A stretch of DNA of 45,334 nt, from positions 1-45,334 of IMG/VR virus record IMGVR_UViG_3300022699_000354. The stretch is one strand, 5' to 3'. The notes beneath the pieces were generated by a model. The model did no database searches. It was given only the letters and a program-made list of their open reading frames with translations, and was not told the DNA's origin. Shown here in pieces: positions 1 through 8,337 of this stretch (its first letter is position 1; each line of letters starts with the position of its first letter). The stretch is from a virus. Its lineage: Duplodnaviria > Caudoviricetes. The position numbers and the translations under genes are program-made.

Positions 1-6
1 AAAGCG

Positions 7-233
7 AGCTCTTACATTTTTACACGGTTTTGTATTGTAAGTCGCGCGTGAACGTTTTTTTTATAGAAACTTGCTCATATATTTACATACGGAAAATCGG
101 TAAAAAGATGTAAAAGGGGTCATTTTCGGGATAACATTTTTGACATCAAGGACTTACGGAGCTACAAAGGCATGTAAGAGCTCTTACATTATGTAAAAAT
201 AAGCCCCTTTTTCCCAATGTTACCCATGGTTAC
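7..233. repeat. Iteron-like TGTAAAA/CTTACAT repeat cluster, left part of putative replication origin
   Basis: CTCTTACATTTTT at 9-21; perfect 18-bp palindrome ATGTAAGAGCTCTTACAT at 172-189; further ATGTAAAA copies; non-coding. Confidence 0.6.
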
Positions 234-596
234 TGGAGTTGTCAACACAGATAGGCCGTTTTTCCTTGCAGACCGCAACCTCTTCAGCCCCGGTTTGAGT
301 CCTCCGGAGCGGGGTATCGGGGCGGACAAGAGAACAGCCATTATCGGTATCAGGTGTTCTGAATGTTTTAAGGCTCCGGAAGGGGGCGTATAAGTAAAAC
401 TACAGCGCGAGCAATGATTGTACCCCTCATATATATGATTTACAGCTTGCTGAGAGGGTCAAATCTTCGCGAGGATTGGACTTCGCTCCGGACGGGTACA
501 AACATGTTCAACAGAGGGGGCGACCAATTCTCGAGCGAATTTGAGGGCCGTTCTCCGGGGGATAAATGCTTTCATTGAAAAAAATATATTTTATTC

Positions 597-624
597 TTGA
601 CTATACCGCGGGAGGGGTTATAAT
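597..624 (+). promoter_or_regulatory. sigma70-type early promoter
   Basis: TTGACT (597-602), 16-bp spacer, TATAAT (619-624), with an AT-rich UP-like tract upstream. Confidence 0.75.
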
Positions 625-671
625 CGGATAATGTTTTGAATTGATACCGAATTCAAACTTACAATTTATAA

Positions 672-745
672 AGAGTCCGGCCGGCCGGGTACCATTCCCG
701 AAGCGCGGTATCGATTCAAGGCCCCGTCTGACCGGGCTCTCTTTT
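672..745 (+). terminator. Long irregular hairpin plus U-tract in the early leader (attenuator or processing site)
   Basis: AGAGTCCGGCCGGCCGGG pairs with CCCGTCTGACCGGGCTCT, followed by CTTTT. Confidence 0.5.
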
Positions 746-800
746 AAAGAAGGGGTAATAATGATACAAGCCGGCAAAACGGTATTGAGAGGGATACAAA

Positions 801-1139
801 ATGACCGATAAACCTATGAGCAAAGAAGAGGCGGAGGCCTCGGTTAAAGATATGGCAGATTTCGTTAGGTATATGGACGGCACTTGCGAGCGTTGCGGTA
901 AGCGCCGGGCCGACTGTCCCGTCGAATGTGTAGAATACCGAAGCAAACATATGTTCGAAAAAGAACCTGCTGTTAAAAAAAATAAAACACGGGATATGTA
1001 TTGTAAGCATTGCGGTAAAGACAATCCGTTTTCGTATTTCGCGCCGTACCGGGGTATTTGTATTTGTTATGATTGTGCAAGGGAGCGCGGGTATCTAAAT
1101 TCGGACGGGGAACTCAAAGAGGACATTTCGTTATTGTAA
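801..1139 (+). CDS. Cys-rich putative zinc-finger protein
   Basis: Several CxxC motifs (CERC, CPVEC, CKHC, CYDC); GAGGG RBS. Confidence 0.7.
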   Translation: MTDKPMSKEEAEASVKDMADFVRYMDGTCERCGKRRADCPVECVEYRSKHMFEKEPAVKKNKTRDMYCKHCGKDNPFSYFAPYRGICICYDCARERGYLNSDGELKEDISLL

Positions 1140-1160
1140 TTTTAGTTAGGACAAGCAATC

Positions 1161-1379
1161 ATGAACAGCGAACGGGAATATAAAGCGACTTGCTTTGATA
1201 TAGGGACAGCGGGAGGTTGCGGACAGGAATGTCCGGTGTATCTCCGCGGAGACTGTCCGGATCCTCAGGAAATGCTGAATAGGAACAGTATTGATCCGGA
1301 GTTACATAAAAAACTATACGCTGATATCAAAATTGAATCAACTGAAATTGAATTACCTCCGGAAGGACAAAAACCATGA
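1161..1379 (+). CDS. Small Cys-rich hypothetical protein
   Basis: AGGA RBS; four Cys; ATGA overlap with the next gene. Confidence 0.65.
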   Translation: MNSEREYKATCFDIGTAGGCGQECPVYLRGDCPDPQEMLNRNSIDPELHKKLYADIKIESTEIELPPEGQKP

Positions 1380-1633
1380 GTACAAACATTTTATTTATAG
1401 TTCAAAAATATGAACCCCCGAATATCGTACTTGAATGTCCGATATGCAAAGTAGGATTTGATTTTTCCATTAAAGACAAAAGCCGGTCTAAATACCTTAG
1501 CGGGGAAAACAAAAAGAATATAAGATGCAATCATTTCAACGATTTTAACCTGTATAAAGATATCAAATTAGAGATATATAACGGCCGGATTATTGCCTTT
1601 GTAGAGGTCGAGCATATAAGAGATTGTTTATGA
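1376..1633 (+). CDS. Zn-ribbon protein, paralog of the N-terminus of the next ORF
   Basis: LECPIC...CNHF...NGRIIAFV. Confidence 0.7.
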   Translation: MSTNILFIVQKYEPPNIVLECPICKVGFDFSIKDKSRSKYLSGENKKNIRCNHFNDFNLYKDIKLEIYNGRIIAFVEVEHIRDCL

Positions 1634-1644
1634 AAGGGTAATAA

Positions 1645-2457
1645 ATGAGCATTTCATGTTTGGTTCTAAGGTACGAACATACGATTGCAACCCTTGAATG
1701 TCCGGTTTGCAATACGGCATTCGACATTGACCTCCGGAGAAAATGTATTGCTAAAGCCAGAGAGCCTCTACCAACGGAACGGAAATGTAATTGTAATTAC
1801 TTTGATATGTACGACCCGTACGAATCTATCAGGTTTGAGCCGATTAACGGCCGGCTTATCGCGTTTATATCGGCCAAGGACAGGGAAAAGGCGTCGGAAA
1901 AATTAGATACTTATTTGGCCGAGGAACTATACGAATTTGTCCGGGACGAGGTTCAAAATTGCAGTGAATCAGAAAGACGTACTATATACAGAGCCCTTTA
2001 TACACTCTTTCGTCGAGCTAAGAAGGCCGATAAAGATTCAGGCGGAGATATCGATATACCCTCAATGGAAGACATAGAAGACTCTATCGAGCGTGAAACA
2101 GAGGACGGGCTTTATGAAATGGCCTCTGAATACGTCAAGAAAATAACTAATACCGAAAAAACGCCCGGCTCGAGACGTGTAGTAGAAGCTATCAAGGATA
2201 AAATACATTTCCTAAAAAGAACAAGAGACAGCATTAAACTAAACGCTGAACTTCGGAAAATTCAAGAAAACGAAAGAGAGGCGGAAATGAACAATAAAAG
2301 CAATGTAGAGCAACTGTCAACCCGAAAGATACGTGATATACGGAAGCTGAAGAGCTTGACCGACTGGTCCAACAGAGAGATTGCAGTAATATATAAGACA
2401 AACACCGAGACGGTTAGGCGCGCGCTTGTAACCGAAAACTACAGAATGAGACCTTAA
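1645..2457 (+). CDS. Zn-ribbon protein with C-terminal helix-turn-helix
   Basis: N-terminal LECPVC...NGRLIAFI; C-terminal WSNREIAVIYKTNTETVRRAL HTH-like motif. Confidence 0.7.
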   Translation: MSISCLVLRYEHTIATLECPVCNTAFDIDLRRKCIAKAREPLPTERKCNCNYFDMYDPYESIRFEPINGRLIAFISAKDREKASEKLDTYLAEELYEFVRDEVQNCSESERRTIYRALYTLFRRAKKADKDSGGDIDIPSMEDIEDSIERETEDGLYEMASEYVKKITNTEKTPGSRRVVEAIKDKIHFLKRTRDSIKLNAELRKIQENEREAEMNNKSNVEQLSTRKIRDIRKLKSLTDWSNREIAVIYKTNTETVRRALVTENYRMRP

Positions 2458-2469
2458 GGAGGCTAAAAC

Positions 2470-2844
2470 ATGGAAAAAATAAAATCGCCTGAAAGTTTGT
2501 ATCCCCTTCATTTGGGTTTTAATGAATATTGCGAGTATATGTCAAAGAGCGAAAAAGAGGAAATGCTCTTACGTAACGAAAGAGAATATGTAGAAAAGGG
2601 AATCGAATGTATAAATTTACAGCGAAAGATTAACTCCCTGATAGATAGAATAGAGGATATTTCAAAGAGACAGGAAGAGCTCTTTATTTCAAGTGAAAGG
2701 GAGGGCGTTAGCGAGCATATTGTTTCAAAGATAATGGAAGAGGCCGGGGAGGCTTCCGGTCTAATTCAAGAGCTTAATCGAAACAAAGAGAAGCTAAAAC
2801 AGGTTAGAGAGGAACTCTGCAAAATGCGTTCTGCCCCTTTTTAA
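2470..2844 (+). CDS. Coiled-coil hypothetical protein
   Basis: AAGGAGG RBS; helical heptad pattern; resembles 3505-3855. Confidence 0.7.
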   Translation: MEKIKSPESLYPLHLGFNEYCEYMSKSEKEEMLLRNEREYVEKGIECINLQRKINSLIDRIEDISKRQEELFISSEREGVSEHIVSKIMEEAGEASGLIQELNRNKEKLKQVREELCKMRSAPF

Positions 2845-2875
2845 CGCAATTTATAATTTATTGAGAGGATTTTAC

Positions 2876-3112
2876 ATGGAATCGGAAAAAACAGTTTTTG
2901 TAGACTTGGAAACGGATACAGAAGTCGCAACGGTACCGACAGAGTCTCTGTCTGGTTTGGAACTGGAAGAGGATAGCATAATACAGTTCGGAGAGACTAT
3001 ATACCGTATTGAACGGAAAATAGTACCAGAAGGCCGAAATCTCCCCGAGAGAGTTTGTCTCCGAGTTGATCCGACAGCTTTAAGTGTTTCTTTTGAAAAG
3101 GACAAAAAATGA
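2876..3112 (+). CDS. Hypothetical protein
   Basis: GAGAGGA RBS before the ATG at 2876; overlaps the ssb start. Confidence 0.65.
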   Translation: MESEKTVFVDLETDTEVATVPTESLSGLELEEDSIIQFGETIYRIERKIVPEGRNLPERVCLRVDPTALSVSFEKDKK

Positions 3113-3489
3113 ATTTTAATCGAGTAGTTATAGCTGGACATTTGACGCGGGACGTAGAAGTTAGACGTTCCAAGAATGATAATCCAATAGGAAATACCGG
3201 AATCGCGGTAAATCGAAAATGGAAAGAGGACGAATATGTATCCTTTTTTGAGGTTACGATTTTCGGAAAGCAGGCCGAGACGCTGTTCGAGTATGCAGGA
3301 AAGGGGAGCCCGATACTGTTCGAAGGCCGACTAAGGCAAGACCGGTGGGAGAATGATAACGGGGAGAAGAGGAACAAGGTAAAAATTATAGCCGAGAGCT
3401 TCCGGTTCGCCGGTTCCCCTCGGGAAAAAAAAGAGTCGGACTCTGAAGGGAACAGCGATTCCGACGACCCCGGAGCCGTTCCGTTTTAA
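3109..3489 (+). CDS. ssb: Single-stranded DNA-binding protein
   Basis: MNFNRVVIAGHLTRDVE, FFEVTIFGKQAE, EGRLRQDRWE and acidic tail ending DDPGAVPF. Confidence 0.96.
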   Translation: MNFNRVVIAGHLTRDVEVRRSKNDNPIGNTGIAVNRKWKEDEYVSFFEVTIFGKQAETLFEYAGKGSPILFEGRLRQDRWENDNGEKRNKVKIIAESFRFAGSPREKKESDSEGNSDSDDPGAVPF

Positions 3490-3504
3490 GAGAAGGGAGT
3501 ACAT

Positions 3505-3855
3505 ATGAAAGATAGAACCTTTATAATCGATACTGAAAGCCCCGACGATATCCCGGAAAAATTCCGAAAAGAATTTCAATTCCCAATAGGGGAGATTCTT
3601 AGAATGAGAGACCCGGAATATGTAAGGAAACTTATTAAATTATCAAGATTGAACGATAAAATATTCGGGCTTGAAGACGAAATTAACAAGAGAATAAGAA
3701 ATATAGAGGCTTTAACAGAATGCGACTCCGGAACCTTAGAAATAATAGAGAGAGTTACTCGAGAGTCGGGCCGTGTATTGGAACGGATAGAACAACTGGC
3801 CGACCTTTGGCAAAAGCGAAATGAATTAGATTCTGTTATAAAAGACTTTAAATAG
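3505..3855 (+). CDS. Coiled-coil hypothetical protein
   Basis: AAGGGAG RBS; resembles 2470-2844. Confidence 0.7.
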   Translation: MKDRTFIIDTESPDDIPEKFRKEFQFPIGEILRMRDPEYVRKLIKLSRLNDKIFGLEDEINKRIRNIEALTECDSGTLEIIERVTRESGRVLERIEQLADLWQKRNELDSVIKDFK

Positions 3856-3936
3856 AATACATACGGAGTAACTATTTTTTTATCGAAGGTATGTCCGGAA
3901 GAGAATAAACTCTGGTCAAGTCTTAATGTTTTATAA

Positions 3937-4033
3937 GTATGCTGTTCGGGTTTCCATATATATAGACTATCCCGGGGCGTAAAAACAGTTTACCTTAAGC
4001 TCCGAACAGTATACGAAGTACACGCCCCGGGAT
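3937..4033 (+). ncRNA. Candidate structured RNA (pseudoknot of two long interleaved helices)
   Basis: 3937-3950 pairs with 4001-4014 (14 bp, 2 GU); 3969-3980 pairs with 4022-4033 (12 bp, perfect). Confidence 0.45.
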
Positions 4034-4055
4034 TACTTTTAAGAGAGGAAAAAAT

Positions 4056-4622
4056 ATGTTAAGCTTAACCCCTTGGCAAGTATGGTTTTTGCGTAAGATA
4101 TATAATTACGGCGTCTCTAAATGGACTCAGGAAAAGCTCGCTGAGAAATTAAATGTCTCTGTCTCGACTACAGGAAAAGCAATACGAAATCAGGGTCCGT
4201 ATAAGGGAATTGTAACAGAGGATTTGTTTCAAGAGTATAAATTTTATGGAAGATACATAAGGTATTGTCTGCTAAAGGACGGGGATATAAAAAAAGGGAA
4301 CAATATATTAAAAACCCTTCGAAATATAGGGTTTTATACTCCTCAAAATATCGGACCGGAACTCCCGGACGACTCAAAGGAATTCAAGGAAAAGTTTTTT
4401 ATTATTGATACAGATAATTGCGCTTATTTTTTTCTGAGTAACCGAAATTGGGAGGCCCTGAAACAGATACTATTTAAAACAATATTCCTCCGTATAGCAA
4501 ATTTACCGATAGCAGTTTCCCCTGAATATATACTTTCATGGAACGTCTTACCTTGGCCGGAACCGAACAACGAGAGATTAACGAATAAGGGTACTCCCTA
4601 TACATACATTTTACAGGCTTAA
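4056..4622 (+). CDS. Cro/C1-like HTH DNA-binding protein
   Basis: WTQEKLAEKLNVSVSTTGKAIRN; AGAGG RBS. Confidence 0.75.
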   Translation: MLSLTPWQVWFLRKIYNYGVSKWTQEKLAEKLNVSVSTTGKAIRNQGPYKGIVTEDLFQEYKFYGRYIRYCLLKDGDIKKGNNILKTLRNIGFYTPQNIGPELPDDSKEFKEKFFIIDTDNCAYFFLSNRNWEALKQILFKTIFLRIANLPIAVSPEYILSWNVLPWPEPNNERLTNKGTPYTYILQA

Positions 4623-4739
4623 CTCGCGCGCCTTATTTTCAGGGGCTGATATAGGAAAATATTTAAAAAAATATTAAATTATAAGTTTAATACAGTAAGG
4701 GGTTTATGACTTTTATGTTAAGGTTTTTTAAAAAAAGTC

Positions 4740-4771
4740 TTGCAATTTTGAGTATATCGATACAATATAAT
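4740..4771 (+). promoter_or_regulatory. Possible sigma70-type promoter
   Basis: TTGCAA followed by TACAAT (15-bp spacer) or TATAAT (20-bp spacer) after an AT-rich tract; spacing is suboptimal. Confidence 0.4.
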
Positions 4772-4809
4772 AGTAGAAACGAAACGCGAACTTAAAAGAG
4801 AGGGCAAAA

Positions 4810-5232
4810 ATGAGAGACTCAAGAAAACAATCGGACTCAGGCTCGGAAGGCGCCCTCGGCCGGATTACCGAGTCCATTTCTTTTTATCGAAAGGGAGATG
4901 TTATGGAAATGTTGCAAGATTTGGAATATGGTAAGAGGGAAAAGGGCCTTTACAGGGCGCAAGACAATAACAGGGAGATTGTAAAGAGAGAGCTCGATAG
5001 ACTCGGATATAAGGTTCGCGACGTTGAACGCGAAAGAGACGGCTGGCTCGACGGATTCAAGATAGACAAATTCCACCTCATGGACAGACGTACCCTTAGA
5101 GAGTTTCATGTATACGGAAACGACGACAATACCAGACTGTTTGAGCCGACATCAGGAGGAGGTAAATCTCTTTGGTTGAAGGTTGAGGGAACAGAATCTT
5201 ATTACAGTCAAAAAAAACAAGAGAGGATATGA
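4810..5232 (+). CDS. Hypothetical protein (start may be 4903)
   Basis: ORF track; a second RBS (AAGGGAG) precedes the ATG at 4903, after a hairpin/U-tract at 4833-4885. Confidence 0.6.
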   Translation: MRDSRKQSDSGSEGALGRITESISFYRKGDVMEMLQDLEYGKREKGLYRAQDNNREIVKRELDRLGYKVRDVERERDGWLDGFKIDKFHLMDRRTLREFHVYGNDDNTRLFEPTSGGGKSLWLKVEGTESYYSQKKQERI

Positions 5233-5250
5233 GTTATAATTCCAAAAAAA

Positions 5251-5303
5251 GGGCCCGGAAGGCGGGGGGGTCCCCCCCGTCCAGAAGGGCCCGTATTCTT
5301 TTT
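5251..5303 (+). terminator. GC-rich hairpin with flanking A and U tracts
   Basis: GGGCCC...CGGGGGGG-T-CCCCCCCG...GGGCCC then TATTCTTTTT. Confidence 0.55.
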
Positions 5304-5320
5304 GAGAGAGAGGACAAATC

Positions 5321-5926
5321 ATGGAAATGAAATTTTATTCAGATATGTTCGAGGCAGAGGAAACGGACCGGGTCGAGGTGTGCAACCCTAAGGGCGTTGC
5401 GGAAAAATTAACGAAGCTCGGAGGGTACAATATACATTCCTATATCGTTTACGGAAGAAACAATGCTAAAGTTGAAGTAGGAGTCGAAATTAAATCTCTT
5501 GCAGAATCTGAAATCGAAGGTATTGGAGCTGAATCTGTTAGAATAATTGGAGGACCAGATTATCTTAATAATTTGGTGTTAGAGTTCCCGGAATATTATT
5601 TTCCCGCCGACTCTAATAAAAGCAGTTATTTTGAGGTTAAGTTAAATCCTCTTGACTATATAGTCCTTGAAACCGCAAGACAAAATATTGATTCTAATGC
5701 TTTATCAGCAACCCTTAAAGAAGTTCTTGATATATCTATAGAAAAAGCGAAATACTTTTCTTGCGAATTCAAATTGAATTTTATGGATTTCGGATTCAAA
5801 AGTACAAGGGCCTTGATACATTTTGTTCTTGGACAATGTAGGGAATGTAGGGTCGGAAAAGGGCGGAAGCTCTTCAATCAAATATACGAATATTTTAGAA
5901 GGGATAATACCAATGAGCGATACTAA
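5321..5926 (+). CDS. Hypothetical protein
   Basis: 201-aa ORF with GAGAGGA RBS. Confidence 0.7.
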   Translation: MEMKFYSDMFEAEETDRVEVCNPKGVAEKLTKLGGYNIHSYIVYGRNNAKVEVGVEIKSLAESEIEGIGAESVRIIGGPDYLNNLVLEFPEYYFPADSNKSSYFEVKLNPLDYIVLETARQNIDSNALSATLKEVLDISIEKAKYFSCEFKLNFMDFGFKSTRALIHFVLGQCRECRVGKGRKLFNQIYEYFRRDNTNERY

Positions 5927-6158
5927 AAACATAATTTCTGTTTTTTCGAAAGCCTTCCGGGAGCATACAGAAGACTTTAAGGTCGAGGTGTTCGGCGAGG
6001 TTGTAACTGTTACATATACCGAAGATATAAAACTGGACTTACCGCAAATTGAAGAACTTCGGGGTTGCGGTCTTGAGAAAATTAAATTACAGAACGGACA
6101 ATTAAAAATGTCCTTCGATTTAAAAGCAGTTGATATATTTGAAGGGGATAAAAAATGA
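5913..6158 (+). CDS. Hypothetical protein
   Basis: AAGGGA RBS before the ATG at 5913; similar to the C-terminal domain of the next ORF. Confidence 0.6.
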   Translation: MSDTKNIISVFSKAFREHTEDFKVEVFGEVVTVTYTEDIKLDLPQIEELRGCGLEKIKLQNGQLKMSFDLKAVDIFEGDKK

Positions 6159-6814
6159 TTAAACTACAAGCGAATTTTGACGAAAAAGAGGGAGAAGAAA
6201 TACTCAAAATGCTTTCCGATACTTTCGGGGGAGGATTAACCCCTAAAACTCTTGTAAAATATGGATTAAAAGAATGGAAAGAAATCAAAAAACAGGGAGT
6301 AGTATCCCCTTATATGGAAATAAAAGATATATGTAATTGGACTTATTTCAAGGAACATAAATACTGGAAGTCCGGCTGCAACTGCAAAGGACTTTTAGGC
6401 TTGATACCGGGAGTTGAAAATACCTGTCCAAGTTGCGGAAAAAAAATAATCATACTTCCCGAGTCAAGCGACATGATAGAAATTGAAAGAAAAACGTCTA
6501 AAGTAATATCATGCATAACGAAACAAAACATTCAATATCGAGATTATGAACATGAATACAACCCCGAGACCGACGCCTTAAAAATAGTTGTAACGCTTAC
6601 AGATAACCAGTCTCTTACCTCAAGGGATATTTCCAAGTTAAGCGAAAATGGTTTGTATGAAATAAGGACCGAAAGCCTCGAGCTTGTAGAGGGTCCGGCA
6701 CAAAAGCCTCTTGAATTGGAATTTCGCTTTAATAGGTTATATTCGGAGCCGGCCTCTATCGAAGGTAAGGTCGTCTCTGCTGAAAAGGCGATAAAAAGGG
6801 AGGACAAGCAATGA
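6155..6814 (+). CDS. Zn-ribbon-containing protein whose C-terminus copies a capsid-protease peptide
   Basis: CNC...CPSCGK; ends YSEPASIEGKVVSAEKAIKREDKQ. Confidence 0.7.
   Translation: MIKLQANFDEKEGEEILKMLSDTFGGGLTPKTLVKYGLKEWKEIKKQGVVSPYMEIKDICNWTYFKEHKYWKSGCNCKGLLGLIPGVENTCPSCGKKIIILPESSDMIEIERKTSKVISCITKQNIQYRDYEHEYNPETDALKIVVTLTDNQSLTSRDISKLSENGLYEIRTESLELVEGPAQKPLELEFRFNRLYSEPASIEGKVVSAEKAIKREDKQ
6740..6796 (+). repeat. 57-bp inverted repeat, copy A
   Basis: 54/57 identical to the reverse complement of 33527-33583. Confidence 0.9.
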
Positions 6815-7074
6815 AAAAATTATGTCCATATTGCCTATATAGACTTACAAGAAAAGACGTTCAGAACGGTCTTATATGCACTCCCGGAGGGGAGATATAT
6901 AACTGTCCATGCTGTAAAAAAATTTCCGGGGGCCCGGAAACCTTTACTCTTGACGATTTCCCGGAACGAAAAAGGCTTGTAGAAGCAGGAATAAAGGAAC
7001 TTCCGGTCGGTATACCGCGTAAAAAGATTTTTATAATAGAACAGGAACTTCCCGTTATAGTAGAGAGAAAATGA
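6811..7074 (+). CDS. Zinc-finger protein
   Basis: CPYC...CPCC; ATGA overlaps at both ends. Confidence 0.65.
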   Translation: MKKLCPYCLYRLTRKDVQNGLICTPGGEIYNCPCCKKISGGPETFTLDDFPERKRLVEAGIKELPVGIPRKKIFIIEQELPVIVERK

Positions 7075-7955
7075 GAGAAAAATACATAGACAAAAATTTT
7101 CACGCGTCGACGATAGGCGTTATCGACCAAGCGAACAGCATACTTGAAGATTACGACGAACAGGGATACAGCTTAACCCTTCGACAGCTTTATTATCAGT
7201 TCGTATCGAGAGACCTTATAGAGAACTCTCAGCGTTCTTATAAGCGTTTGGGCTCTATCGTAAACGACGGCCGGCTCGCCGGGTATATAGATTGGGAGTA
7301 TATCGAGGACAGAACGCGCAATCACAATTCCAATTCTCATTGGGATACGCCGAGCGATATAATACAATGCTCGGCCGAACAATTCCGTATAGACCTTTGG
7401 AAGGAGCAAGAGGTCTATATCGAAATATGGATTGAAAAGGACGCCTTGCTCGGAATAATTGAGCAGAAATGTAAGGATTGGGATATCGTTTACATGTCTT
7501 GTCGGGGATACAGCTCGCAAAGTGAAATGTGGAAGGCTTCAAAGAGATTGAAAAATCAAGAGGATATAGGGAAAGATACGGTTATCATTCAGATGTCTGA
7601 TCATGACCCGAGCGGAATAGATATGTCTCGAGATGTTCGAGACAGAATGGAAATGTTCGGGGTTTATCCGCTCGTTAAAAGGGTTGCTCTTAACATGTCG
7701 CAAATAGAAGAGTATAATCCTCCCCCGAATCCGGCGAAATTGAGCGATTCCCGGGCCGAAAGTTATGTAAATGAATACGGTTATGAATCTTGGGAGCTGG
7801 ACGCCCTCGAGCCCCGGGTTCTAAACGAGCTTATAGAAAAATCCGTTTTAGAGTTCGTAAACGAGGACAGGTTTAACGAGGCAAAAAAAATGCAGGAAAA
7901 ACAGAGGTCCAAGCTGATATGGGTATCTGAAAATTGGTCCTCTATAGTCGATTAG
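7071..7955 (+). CDS. Stand-alone Topo VI-A/Spo11-like protein (Mini-A-like; WHD + Toprim)
   Basis: LTLRQLYY (candidate catalytic Tyr), Toprim IWIEKD, GYSS, DHDPSG, VALN and WELDAL. Confidence 0.82.
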   Translation: MREKYIDKNFHASTIGVIDQANSILEDYDEQGYSLTLRQLYYQFVSRDLIENSQRSYKRLGSIVNDGRLAGYIDWEYIEDRTRNHNSNSHWDTPSDIIQCSAEQFRIDLWKEQEVYIEIWIEKDALLGIIEQKCKDWDIVYMSCRGYSSQSEMWKASKRLKNQEDIGKDTVIIQMSDHDPSGIDMSRDVRDRMEMFGVYPLVKRVALNMSQIEEYNPPPNPAKLSDSRAESYVNEYGYESWELDALEPRVLNELIEKSVLEFVNEDRFNEAKKMQEKQRSKLIWVSENWSSIVD

Positions 7956-7980
7956 TTTTACTTTTTTTTAAGGATTTGCA

Positions 7981-8253
7981 ATGGATAACAAGTTTGAACT
8001 CGGAGAACAGCTTAAAGACATTGTTACGGGATTTGAAGGTATCGCGGTCGCAAGAATAGAATATCTAAACGGTTGCGTTCAGTATGGTATAAAACCAAAG
8101 CTCGGAGAAGAGAGCAAAAAAAAAGGTGATTTCCCCGAAAGCCAATATATCGACGTGGAACAGCTCGAAAGAATCGGAGACGGTATAAAGGCCGAAAGAA
8201 ATACGGTAGGCGGTCCGGGAGACGAAAACGCTCCTGATAGATACTCGGTATAA
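7981..8253 (+). CDS. Conserved small phage protein (SH3-like barrel)
   Basis: LGEQLKDIVTGFEGIAVARIEYLNGCVQYGIKP pattern common in phages. Confidence 0.7.
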   Translation: MDNKFELGEQLKDIVTGFEGIAVARIEYLNGCVQYGIKPKLGEESKKKGDFPESQYIDVEQLERIGDGIKAERNTVGGPGDENAPDRYSV

Positions 8254-8258
8254 TAAAA

Positions 8259-8322
8259 AGCCGGGGGGGGCGGTTGTTCGCGTAGAACCTCTCTCTCTTC
8301 CGTCTCTCCCGGCTCTTCTTTT
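8259..8322 (+). terminator. Intrinsic terminator-like hairpin with large structured loop
   Basis: 8259-8273 pairs with 8300-8314 (15 bp, 3 GU), followed by CTTCTTTT. Confidence 0.6.
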
Positions 8323-8337
8323 AGAAAAGGACAAACA

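Noticed and set aside
690-725. tRNA-like T-loop (GGTATCGATTC)
   Set aside because: No cloverleaf can be built around it
6740-6796. Complete diversity-generating retroelement
   Set aside because: No reverse transcriptase or Avd ORF seen, the repeat is short, has only three mismatches and the target is not a CLec/Ig domain; kept only as a hypothesis
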